This document shows positions 25,012-37,000 of a stretch of 64,000 nucleotides of DNA, piece after piece. The notes below the pieces were generated by a model. That model saw nothing but the letters and a program-made list of their open reading frames with translations. It was not told the DNA's origin and did not search any database. The position numbers and the translations under genes are program-made. Within the stretch, counting starts at the first letter, position 1; every line of letters begins with the position of its first letter. This DNA is from Owenia fusiformis (Eukaryota). The stretch spans positions 43,772,001 to 43,836,000 of the forward strand of contig CAIIXF020000001.1 in the NCBI GenBank assembly GCA_903813345.2, written 5' to 3'.

Positions 25012-28000
25012 ATGTCACATACGTTATGGATGGGAGATGTAAGTTGTTTATTTTGTTACACTTCTACAACATAACCACAGGGAAAGGGATCTACCTTCTT
25101 CCATAGATCCCGGCCAGATTCTTTTGTAGATAATCAGTACAGTGGGGATCATAAAGAATTGCAAAAGCATAGCCGTAGGGACCGGGGGTTCGATGGGTTC
25201 GGACGAACCCCCGGTCGGGATTCCCCCCAAAAAATATTTGTGGAGAATTCATTGCAATAACCAATAACATATATTCAATTTATATGACTAGTAGTAGATA
25301 AAAATAGTAAATTTACACTTCTCTCCAAAAGATTGGCAACCTCAGGCACGGGGTGGAATTGTTTTATTTTGGGAAGACCCCGGAGCATCATGATATTATG
25401 CAAAGAAAAAATATCAATAAAAAGCTGCTCCATCTACAGTGAAATAAACCAACTGTCTTAATACTGATGAAAACATATTTTCTTTCAAATCTGTGCCCCT
25501 CCGTTTTTTTTTATTTCAAACAAAAAAATTCTTGCTAAGTCCCCGGGTCTGACAAGTCCTCAAAAGCAATTATTAAATAATAGAAACATTTTGAAATGAG
25601 TTATTATTAAAAGCATATGTATCATTTATAAACACAAGTATTTGATCGAATGGGTATTTATCCATCACTTTTTAAGGAAAAATAAATCGATTGCGAAAAA
25701 ATCAGTTTGGGTTTTTCAGATGCACGTTCATTTCAGAGATCATTTTAAGATTAAAATGTTGCTGTTTCAGTGTATTAAGTATTTACTCTATTTTCACGAA
25801 TATCAAACTTTAGTGGATCGCGTTTATGACATTAATTATAATATGTTTAGCAAATAAATGGATTAAGGGAGGCAATTAGGTGATTATGTCTGTGGTACTA
25901 AATACAAGTGTAAAAGGTACACACATTACGTGCAGTGGAAAGTTCTGTCCAATAAAAAGGCCAGGTGCAGTCATCTTTTGCTGAGGAAAGCAAAGGTGTA
26001 AGGAGGATTATATCAAATAAGTCTAGATTTATTATTTCAAATGAGTATTACATTCTCACAGTTAACCCCCCTATCACACCAAACTCGTTCTTACCCGTTC
26101 TTGCCAGTCCTACGAAAACGTCGTAAAACGGGCTCGATCTGGCTGTGGTCGGGAAATATGTCTGAAATAATTAGCTTCTTCGTTCTTAAACAGTCTTCAA
26201 TACGTCCATCTCGTTCGCAGTTCGTTCAGGTCGCACCACGTCGGTGTGCAACGCCGTAGAACGCGTCCCTTAGTCTAGAAGGTCATCATGACCTGATAAC
26301 AGAACGGTATGGTCGCAATCGAATTTTGAATCGATTCAAAATTCTAAAATCACATTCCCGTCTGAGAACGTTCATAAAGTTCGTAAATAGACCTTAGAAA
26401 GTTGCAGCTATGTTCATTCCGTTCGCACATAGTTTAGAACCAGTTTTGAAGAACGCAGTGGCAACTTGTTTGGTGTGATAGCTATATTTTTGCTAACTCG
26501 TTCATAAGCAGTGTTAAATACGTTCTTAATCAGTTTAAACCCGTTTGCAATGAGTTCTACCTCGTTCTCAACACGTCTTCAGACAGTTCAACTCGTTGTT
26601 AAAACGTCCCTAGTAGGATTGAAGTACGACGGTTCCGTTCGTAGTACGTCCAGCTCGTCGTTAGCACGTTGTCACTCGTTCTAATTGTAGAACGTGACGA
26701 CCACGAGAACATTTTGAGCATTGTCTAAGTTCAAGAGGACCTACCCGTTTGAGTACGTTCGATGAAGTTTGTAAATAGATCCCAAACGGTTCTTAGTACG
26801 TCCAGTCCGTTCGTACACAGTTGAAGCCCGTTTTCGAGAACGTAGTGAGAACTAGTTTGGTGTGATAGTAGGGTAAGGAAAAAAAGTTCATAATAAAAAC
26901 TATTTAAAAATCACGTGGTGTACCAATATGCATTGCTTCATGATAATCACTTTTTATTCAAATATAAAGAGGAGGCAGGGAGCTTAGGTTGCCAAACTTT
27001 TGGAGGGTAGTGTACTTGCCAGAAAGACAGAGGATTGGCCTACCACAAGTTTCAAATCGTGTGTCTAAAAAGATTTGGCAGCATTCTTGAATAAAATAAT
27101 AAAACGTTAATTTCTCAAAAACAAATCAAAGTCTATAATGATTCACAAGTTCATCTAAAATGTTTTCATTTCTCAAAACATTCATGATTCTCGTCATTCA
27201 TGATAAAACAGCGGAACGGTGATAGAATGTTTCATTTCATATGTAATACAATAATATTTGTCATCTGTCACTTTTATCGTCAGTACCAATTGAGAGTATT
27301 CGTGCAGCCATTACGACTTTTATTGTGCGCCATGATTAAATAGGTATTACATTCTTCAAAAATATTTGCTATAAATATACTAGTTTTCAGTACATAACTG
27401 TAAGTTCATGAGGTATTACAAAATGAAATATCAAATAAAATTCTTTTGATTTGGATTCTTTTCAAAAATCATCTAAAAGTGTTGGAAAATAGCATGTGTC
27501 TGAATATCTTTGAATGAACTCTAAAGCATGAATTGGGAATGACGATTTATCAATGGTAGCTCGTCAAAAACATGTTCCTTAGAGATATGTTATAATTTTC
27601 CCTTAACAAAAGTTGGCTCAATGTATGCTAACCCTTGATTTGGATTCCATTGAACAATTCAACAAGTGCAGTAAAATTTAAATGTATGATTTTGCTACCA
27701 GATTTCAATATCTTTTCAGTAAAAGATTCACCAAAAACTATTTCAACATAGAAAATCAAATTTATGCCAAACTTTTGGAGGGGTGTACATTGTATGTATG
27801 ACAAATACAAAAAATGCCTTTCAAAATGCTGTTCCGCCATTTCGAAACCTGTTATGAGTAAATACGGTAACTGATGTTGCATTCTGGGAGTCAACCGTCC
27901 TTGGATACAAACATGGCGATTCATGAAAACATTCATTCGATTTGGTAGGGATTTATCCATTATTTGCAGGTATGAAGCTTTGGATTCATTTATTGTGCTA

Positions 28001-31000
28001 CTTTAGTGAACGGGAATTATTTTTCTACAGCTTGGGAGAGTTTGAGACACGAAACTTGGAAATAAGCTCATTGTGACAACTTGTGAACGTTGAGTTTTAT
28101 TTTTGTCCCCCACTGTAGATCTACTATTTTTTTCATGGCCTGAGTTCGTCGCTAACATGCTAAATATAAGAGTTAGCTGACGTTTGAGAGTCTGACTTAC
28201 CTTCTAAAGGTTAGAACCCGAATCTTAATGAAAGCTTATCACCTTTGTTGCGTCGATGATGATGCATAAACACAGCATTTGATACAAATTAGTGTAAATG
28301 CTTTTCCGACTTTTCATTTTTCATCAATGTTGACTTCCGGGAAGGCGTTGTAGTTATCACGAAATAAAGCATTGACCCTTGAACTTTACTTTGTTGATGT
28401 GTCAACCAAGCATGTCTGGTGTGAAAATTAAAAGAATATTAAGCAATGTTCTACATCCGCCAAGCTAAGTGAAGTGTCTAGCCAATATTTGAAATTACCA
28501 ATTTCAAGTGAAGTACGCAACGAACGAAACTGCGTGATCTACACTCCCACTATTGGTCTGAACAAAATGCTACGTAGAAATATGAGCCGTCTGCTGTATT
28601 AGTCGATTAATGGAGTAAGACCTGTTGGTGATGCTTTATAATTTAGACCAAAACATTGGAGAACAAACGAACCTGTAAATCGTGAAAACAACGAACAAAT
28701 ATTCGGTTTTCACATATGTTCGGTAATTTTTCGTATTGAAACTTCCGGAACTTACAAGGAAATCATTCATTTTCACTGTCCATGATTTACCTCTTGGATG
28801 TTGTGGCAAATGCTCCATGGTTGACTGAACAAAGGTGATATGGTTTCATTAAGATTCGGGTTCTAACCTTTAGAAGGTAAGTCAGACTCCCAAACGTCAG
28901 CTAACTCTTATATTTAGCATGTTAGCGACGAACTCAGGCCATGAAAAAAATAGTAGCTCAATAAATATTCCTCAAGATGAGACACCTCAGAAAATTTCAA
29001 ATTTTAAAATGACGATTATGGAGCCATTTCTGAAAAATATGAGACAAATCATACCTCATTCGAAGCATCTCGTTATTCTTTAACTTTTTATCACCAATGT
29101 TCGTTATTCAAGCAATGCTGCGTTGATAAGAGGCCAAAACAGTGATATTTTATCGTCGGACTCTTGTCTGTCCAAATCTGAATGGTGCTCCCGTGGTTCC
29201 AGAAATGTGACGTCATCAGTACAATGATATTTGGACACACAAGAGTCCGGATCTCGTGAAAAATAACTGCATCCATATAGGTTATTTACTCAAACCAAAC
29301 AAGTAGAAATAGAAAGATGAAGATCTCAGCTATAAAATAAGTGCAAAATCTGTCATGGGGAACCAGGTACCATTTTGTATAAGGAACATTTTAAAAAGTT
29401 TGTCATAATTTTTTGAAATTTTTCAATTTAGTGTCGTATCTTGTGAATTATTCTTTGAGCCTATGAGATCCTACTACAAAACGATCTGGCCAATATCTGT
29501 GCCTTCTTCTATAATATTTTTCAGTTGCTGTCCGACGGTCGAAAAATCCATTTATTTTCTCATTTGGCCATATTCTTAAGTTTTATCCCCATATATAATA
29601 AATTTGGCCCATGACTTATCTACACGTCCTACCTTTCGCCAGAGAGCTGAGAAGAATTATGTCCAATCACATTTTCTTCTTCCTAAACCTCTAAATTTCA
29701 ATATGGTTCAAAATTTTTAAACTATAAATTTGCAATAGAGGCATGGCTGTACTTATTGAATGCTATGAGATTGTGGCAAGGCATGGCTGTGTCTCGGGTT
29801 AGACACTGCTGGGGGCAGATGTAGAAATAATCAAAAATTGTTGAAAGTAGTTCCTTTTTCAACATAGAATAATTTAATTTTCTTTTTCAAATATCATTAT
29901 AAAATATTTATTCTTTCATGTTTCCTTATAACTATTCCAAAATTCATAAAATATTAGAAGAGATCTCCAGGGAAGCAATTTTGAGTTAAAGTTTTGTTAA
30001 AATTAGTTGTCTATGTCTATGTCAATAATCTGCAAAAGGCTAATAAGCCCATATAACCCTACTATCACACCAAACTAGTTCTCACTACGTTCTCGAAAAC
30101 GGGCTTCAACTGTGTACGAACGGGCTGGACGTACTAAGAACCGTTTGGGATCTATTTACAAACTTCATCGAACGTACTCGAACGGGTAGGTCCTCTAGAA
30201 CTTAGACAATGCTCAAAATGTTCTCGTGGTCGTCACGTTCTACAATTAGAACGAGTGACAACGTACTAACGACGAGCTGGACGTACTACGAATGGAACTG
30301 TCGTACTTCAATCCTACTAGGGACGTTTTAACAACGAGTTCAACTGTCTGAGGACGTGTTGAGAACGAGGTAGAACTCATTGCAAACGGGTTTTAACTGA
30401 TTAAGAACGTATTTAACACTGCTTATGAACGAGTTAGCAAAAATATAGCTATCACACCAAACAAGTTGCCACTGCGTTCTTCAAAACTGGTTCTAAACTA
30501 TGTGCGAACGGAATGAACGTAGCTGCAACTTTCTAAGGTCTATTTACGAACTTTATGAACGTTCTCAGACGGGAATGTGATTTTAGAATTTTGAATCGAT
30601 TCAAAATTCGATTGCGACCATACCGTTCTGTTATCAGGTCATGATGACCTTCTAGACTAAGGGACGCGTTCTACGGCGTTGCACACCGACGTGGTGCGAC
30701 CTGAACGAACTGCGAATGAGATGGACGTATTGAAGACTGTTTATGAACGAAGTAGCTAATTATTTTAGACATATTTCCCGACCACAGCCAGATTGAGCCC
30801 GTTTTACGACGTTTTCGTAGGACTGGCAAGAACGGGTAAGAACGAGTTTGGTGTGATAGGGGGGTAAAGCAGATATATAATTTAACATTGATAGAATTTG
30901 AATAGAATATAATTTAAAACCTGAACATTTAAAAATAGATCTATGGTTTACAACTCATTTTAAAATTGAAAGGAACCTTCCTGGTTGCCCCCTGTACCCC

Positions 31001-34000
31001 CCTAGGAAGTCCCTTTATGTTGAAATACCCTGGGGCGACTGTCAGGCTACCGCGTTGACATCATCCCTTTTTACCAGTAGTGCAGGCTTGTTGCTGTGCA
31101 CTGCAACTTACCTCTGGTAAAGATGGGTGATGTCAACACGGTATCCTGATTCCCTTTTCAACATATTTCTCTAGTTCACAGCACTAGGGTTTATCGATTA
31201 ATATGTGCAGAGCAACCAATCAATTTCTCTTGATTTGCTAATCATGTGCCACGAGCATGACTTTTAAGTTGTCTGAGCACAATTTTCTTCATCTTATTGT
31301 ATTTCTCTACTTACTTGGGTGCATCAAAAAGTTTTGCAATTTTGACTCTATCGCAATAACTATAATGAGCTATGTCATTATATTTGGCACATACAGATAT
31401 CATACATTTTTGGACATACCTGTAAAATTTGGAGACTGGATCTTAATTTTTAAAGAAAATATGGATGTCATAGCAACATAAGATGCGACCTCATGGTTCC
31501 ATGCAAATTTATTATTACGCAATAAACAGAATAAATGATATCAATTTGCCAACACCCTGTTAAGTCTCATATTAACAATTTTCTGCATATTAAAACATTG
31601 TTCTCAAATTCCTGTTATCAATTTTCTGCAAATATTGTTCTCAAATTATTCAAAATAATTGCCCCCAGCTGCCAAACATTGTTGACGTCTGTGGACCCAG
31701 TCTCTGAAGACAGCCTGAAATTCCCCTGCTGATAAAACAGCCAATCGCTTCCTCACGGCTGCGGCAAGTTCCTTATGGGTTTCAAAGCGCATGCCCCTCA
31801 ATCCCGTCTTAATATGGCTGAACAAGAAGTCACATGATGATGTTTCTGGGGAGTAAGCTGCCTGCGGTACACGCTCTCAATCCAGGTCCTCTAGAGCATC
31901 CATTCCCACCCTACTTGTATGGGGCCTTGCGTTTTCCATATGGAAGTGGGGTTTGTAGCCAAAAATTTACTTGAAACAAAATGGCTGCCAGAATTCACAA
32001 GTTCTCCCCACAATCTATATCATCATGTAAATCCATATGTCAAAAGTCTTTTGTAATGCCATCAGAACAATAAGAAATAGAAAAAGGGAATGAAAAGACA
32101 CACAAACCTGTAATTTTAGTGACTGAATCATAATAAAACAGAATATAATAGAATTTAAAATTAACATATTCTAGGTGGAACCGAGTACCCTCGGGTCCCG
32201 TTACCATAGCAACCATATCTTTTTAACCAATCACAGATGAGCAGTTAAATCATGACACATTATGTAGAGATATATGATCTATGATTGTACCAAATTTCAA
32301 AGCAAAGCTAAATGTAGAACTTGAGATAGTGTCAAAATTGCAAAACTTTTTGATGCACCCAAGTACAACCTATCTAATGAGGTGCTACATTATGAGATCA
32401 TTGAAATATTCACACACAGACGTCACAGAACACATTTCCGGTTTTATAATCAATGATTTTATCAATCAAAAAATATTTTTATGAATTTATCTGATATCTG
32501 CTGAAATATGGTATGTATACTTGTGTTGATTGTTAAAATACAAAAAAAGGTAGGGTAAAGAATATGAAAAAGTCATTTTATCTTGTCCCAGAACCAGTGC
32601 TACTGTTAATAGACTATATCCTCTACTCTCTGTTGATGTTTGTTTGTATCCTATATTTAGCATTATAATGCTGTGCTGATGTAATGGTCACATGTTGCTA
32701 GTAATTCACTTGTGCATGCATGTCGCTTATTCTATACCTGTCAACCTAAGACCAAAAATTTGCAGCATATTTTTTTTGAATTGCGGTATTTTTGCGGTAG
32801 ATCTTTTCAAAATACGGTCGTTTTTGCGGTACTTTTCGACAAAAATACAGTAGTTTCACTGTAGTTATTGAAAAAATTCTGTCGTTTTTGCGGTAGATTT
32901 TTAAAAACGGTACTTTTTCGGAAGTTTTTGAAAAATGTGGTAGGTTTACTGTTGATTTTTTTAAAAATGCTGTAGTTTTACTGTGATTTTTTAAAAAATG
33001 CTGTAGTTTTGCGGTAGATTTTGAAAAATGTGGTAGTTTTGCGGAAGATTTTGTAAAATGCGGTAATTTTCCAGTAGATTTTAACAAAATATGGTCGTTT
33101 TTACGGTCAATTTTTGAAAAAAAACTGTAGTTTTGCGGAAGGTTTTGAAAAATGCGGTAGTTTAACGGTAGATTTTGAAAAAATGCAGAATTTTTTGCAG
33201 TAGATTTTGGAAAAAACTGTAGTTTTACGGAAGATTTTGAAAAATGCGGAAGTTTTACGGTAGATAAAAAAATAAGGTAGTTTTTGCGGAGCATTTTGAA
33301 AAAATGTAGTTTTTGCGGTAGATTAAAAAACGGATTTTGCATAGATTTTGACACCCTTCAATGAAGAAATAATAAAGTATGTTTTTCTAATACAGCATCC
33401 ATGGAACTCTTTCATGAACAGACTAACAATTTGAACACTTAAGTGTTTTTATAAATACAGTAGAACATGTGGTAGTTGAACACTGTGTTTTCGCATCACG
33501 ATACTCCCCAGAGTGTTGACTGATTACACGCCAGCTTACTTAGTTACTTACTAAGTACGCAATAACCACTGACACAGACCTGCCGACACATATTTATTTT
33601 TGGGTTGGTAATTGAATATCATTACAAGGGCAATGCAGGAAGACTTCAATTTTTCAGAATTTCCAAATAATAACAGTAGATTTTACGGTAGTTTGAACAA
33701 GAATACTGTTAATTTCAGCAGAAATACGGTAGATTTTCAAATACTTACAGTATATTTTACGGCCATTCTTATTGAAAAAATTGAATTATAATAAAATATT
33801 TTATGGTGGAATTTTGGTAAAATTACAGTCGTTTTTATGGGAAAAAATGGTAAATTTTTTACGGTAGTTTGTCATTTTTTATGGAATAACGAAAATTTTA
33901 AGGTAGATTCCCGTAAAAATATGGTAGGTTGGCAGGTATGTTATTCACTTGTTCTGCAAGCAAAAGTTTAAAATTCTTTTTACTATTATACAGTTTTTTA

Positions 34001-37000
34001 CATGTGCTCATTTTTTTAGTTTGTCTTATATAATCACAAAAGGCATCAGATACCTTTAATATTATATTAGTTGATTGTGACATGTTTACTTGTCTACTTA
34101 GAGTCTGTAGATCTAGGGGTGGATTTGTGTTTTCTTTTAGGAGTATACATCTACATCAATAATCCGCAAAAGGCTAACAAGCCCATTTAAAGCAGATATA
34201 CAGTTTAACAGTGTAGTGCAGTATACAATCTACTGTTGAGTTAATATTGTGACTGTTGCTATGATATAGTTTCCTGTTTGTTGAGACTTGGCTACAGGAA
34301 GTTACAAAAAGTGTTTTTTAATATTTAGATGTAAGATAACAGAGTTCTGTTTGTTGAGATTTGTCTACAGGTTTCCAGCCAAACTGTTTGAGGAATTCAT
34401 CTGAACTTTCTTCCTAGGAAACGTTATAGAGTTGAATAGTTTTTGCTCATTCTTGTGAAATGTTAAGGCAGCTTTATTAAGATCAAATGTATTGTCACTT
34501 GTCATATTATTTATGTGATTATTGAATGGTTGTTAGTACCAAAGAAGACATGAGTCAATATGTAAGTTTAATGTGTATTTATTACTGAATCAGTTTCCAA
34601 GATGGCGGGAACACATGCCATATAGAGCGACATCTATATAACAACCCCAACTAAAACACAGTCACAATCAAGTATGATGTACCTTACATTTTGATTTACC
34701 AAGTCTTTCATAAAGATGGCACTCATTGTCCCATGCTGGCCCTTGGGCATACCGCGGATCATTAAGGAGCGATTGAAAATTTATGAGTTCTGTCAGGACA
34801 TCAGCTACAACCAATTTTGTTTTTGGCAAGACAACAGTTGAATCATCTATATCGTCACATTGATTCTTTTCTAAACTAGCAACCTTCTCTTTGGTAGGAA
34901 TACAGCCCATGTCTCTGGTATGTTTTGAATTATGTCAATGTCTTATGTATGTCGAAAATCCCTGTAATCAGTTCACATTTGCTGAATACATGTACAGTAG
35001 TTCTGGAAAAAAGATACAGAATACCATTATAGAAACAGTAAAACCTGTCTTAGTGAACACCTGATTCTAGCGAACAGTCTCTAGTAGACACCCTTCTTAT
35101 ATACTCTTTATAAATTTATAAATTATCCTCTCAGGGTTCTAGCAGGGTTCTCACTAGGCTTTTAGACTCCAGAGATTCTCCGGAGTCTAATGTATTTAGA
35201 TCCTCTTGCTCCAGTTTTGTCACGTTATTTGTGGTAAAGCTCTTGAGAAAATACATAAAACTGGATAAAAAGAAGGAATAGGAAGTCAGAAACCTTTTGG
35301 AAATGTATATTTTTATTAAAATAGTACTATTTTGAAAGTATTTTGAAAAGTATACTTAGTCTAATAGGATATCTCTGATCTCACATGGGGGAGGAGTAGT
35401 CACGATACAACAAAAAATGAGGGGTTTAAAATTTCCTGGTGAGAATGCTGCTTAAGTGAACTTCTACCTACACTGAACATTTTTTGCCAAGAAAATATTA
35501 ATATACACAGTATGTTACTGTATGCTATTCTTATTTTTTATTTGTATATATTTTTATTCTTTTGTTCATTATGTTATTTTTCATTCATTTAAAATGTGTA
35601 TCTATGCCTAATATTTCAATATTTCTTGCACTAAATGTTTATCATAAAATCTTACCTCTGATGAATACGTGATCAAAGTATTTTGTTTGCAGAATTAAAA
35701 TTTTATTTCTTCTAGTTCCTCTCACCTTTATGCTACAAATGATCTGTAGCATCGCTACCTGATCCATTAACATCAGTTAATTTTTTTTTTTTACAAATTA
35801 TCACCTTCTTACACTAGTGACGTAGGTTATTTTCCAAACGAACCAAGTTTGATAGGGATATCATGAATGTGAAGCCCTCCGTCTGTCAGTCCTTCCATCT
35901 GTCTGAAGCATAACTTAAATACAAGTTGATCAATTTTCTTCATATTTCGGGAAAGGATGTATATTGGTAAAAACTTTAACGCAAAAAAAACATTTTTAGA
36001 GATGGTGGCCACTTTGAAACTGGAAAGAATATTTCACAGAACTCTGAGTTTTTCATTTCGAATAAAAGTAATAAGTATTACTGTTTGAAATGTTGTATCC
36101 ATAAAATATATCTTTGACATATGTTCCATGTTTTCCTGCACAATCCCCAGGGGCTGTGTGGGGGGTTCCGGAATACAGGATATATATTTTTTGAGATCTC
36201 TCTGATATAAGCATAGCTAAATTATGAAAGGTAATTTAGAGTAGATTGCAAATATTGTATCATTTTTTTGATTTGTGCCTTGGAAAATTCAAAAGGGTGG
36301 CCTATAATGTGGGATATCGCAATAATTTCCAAATCTCTTCAAAGCAATATTAGACTCAAATTAAAGGAATTTTAGAGTAGATCACAATTATGGTATTGTT
36401 ATCCCATTGAACAAAGTTCGGAGGGATATAGGGAACACCTCCGTTTATCCATCCGTCTCTACGTACGTACATTCGTCCGTCTGTCCGTCCCTCCAGGCAA
36501 TAACTCAAATACCTTTGGCCCGATTTTATTCATATTTTGTACACATATACCCAATGGGGCAATTTTGTTCATATTTGGTATGTGAATACTTTAAGCATGG
36601 CACAATGTCTAATGACATTTTGGGTAGTAGGCGGCCATTTTTCATTGAAAAATGGCCGCCATTTTTACATGTGTTATTTCACATTTATTACTGTGAATCA
36701 AAGAGTAATGGAGTGATTTTGTTCATATTTGATTTGTAAATACTATAAGTATGGCATATATATATAAAAAAATATATAAAAAATATATTATTAAAAAAAA
36801 ACAAAAAAACGGCATACTGCTAAGGACACTTTGGGTAGTAGGCGGCCATGAAAAATGGCCGCCATTTTTATTTTTTTTACTATAACTTGAAAAGAAGTGG
36901 AGCAATTTTGTTCATATTTGATATGTGAATACTCATGAGTCTTGCACACTGTCTCATGACACTTCGGGTAGTAGGCAGCCATTTTAAAAACAGGCAACAT

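Noticed and set aside
32746..33354. 202-aa repetitive minus-strand ORF
   Set aside because: It is a translation of the ~30-bp minisatellite inside a TIR element with a 6-bp TSD; no protein-like features.
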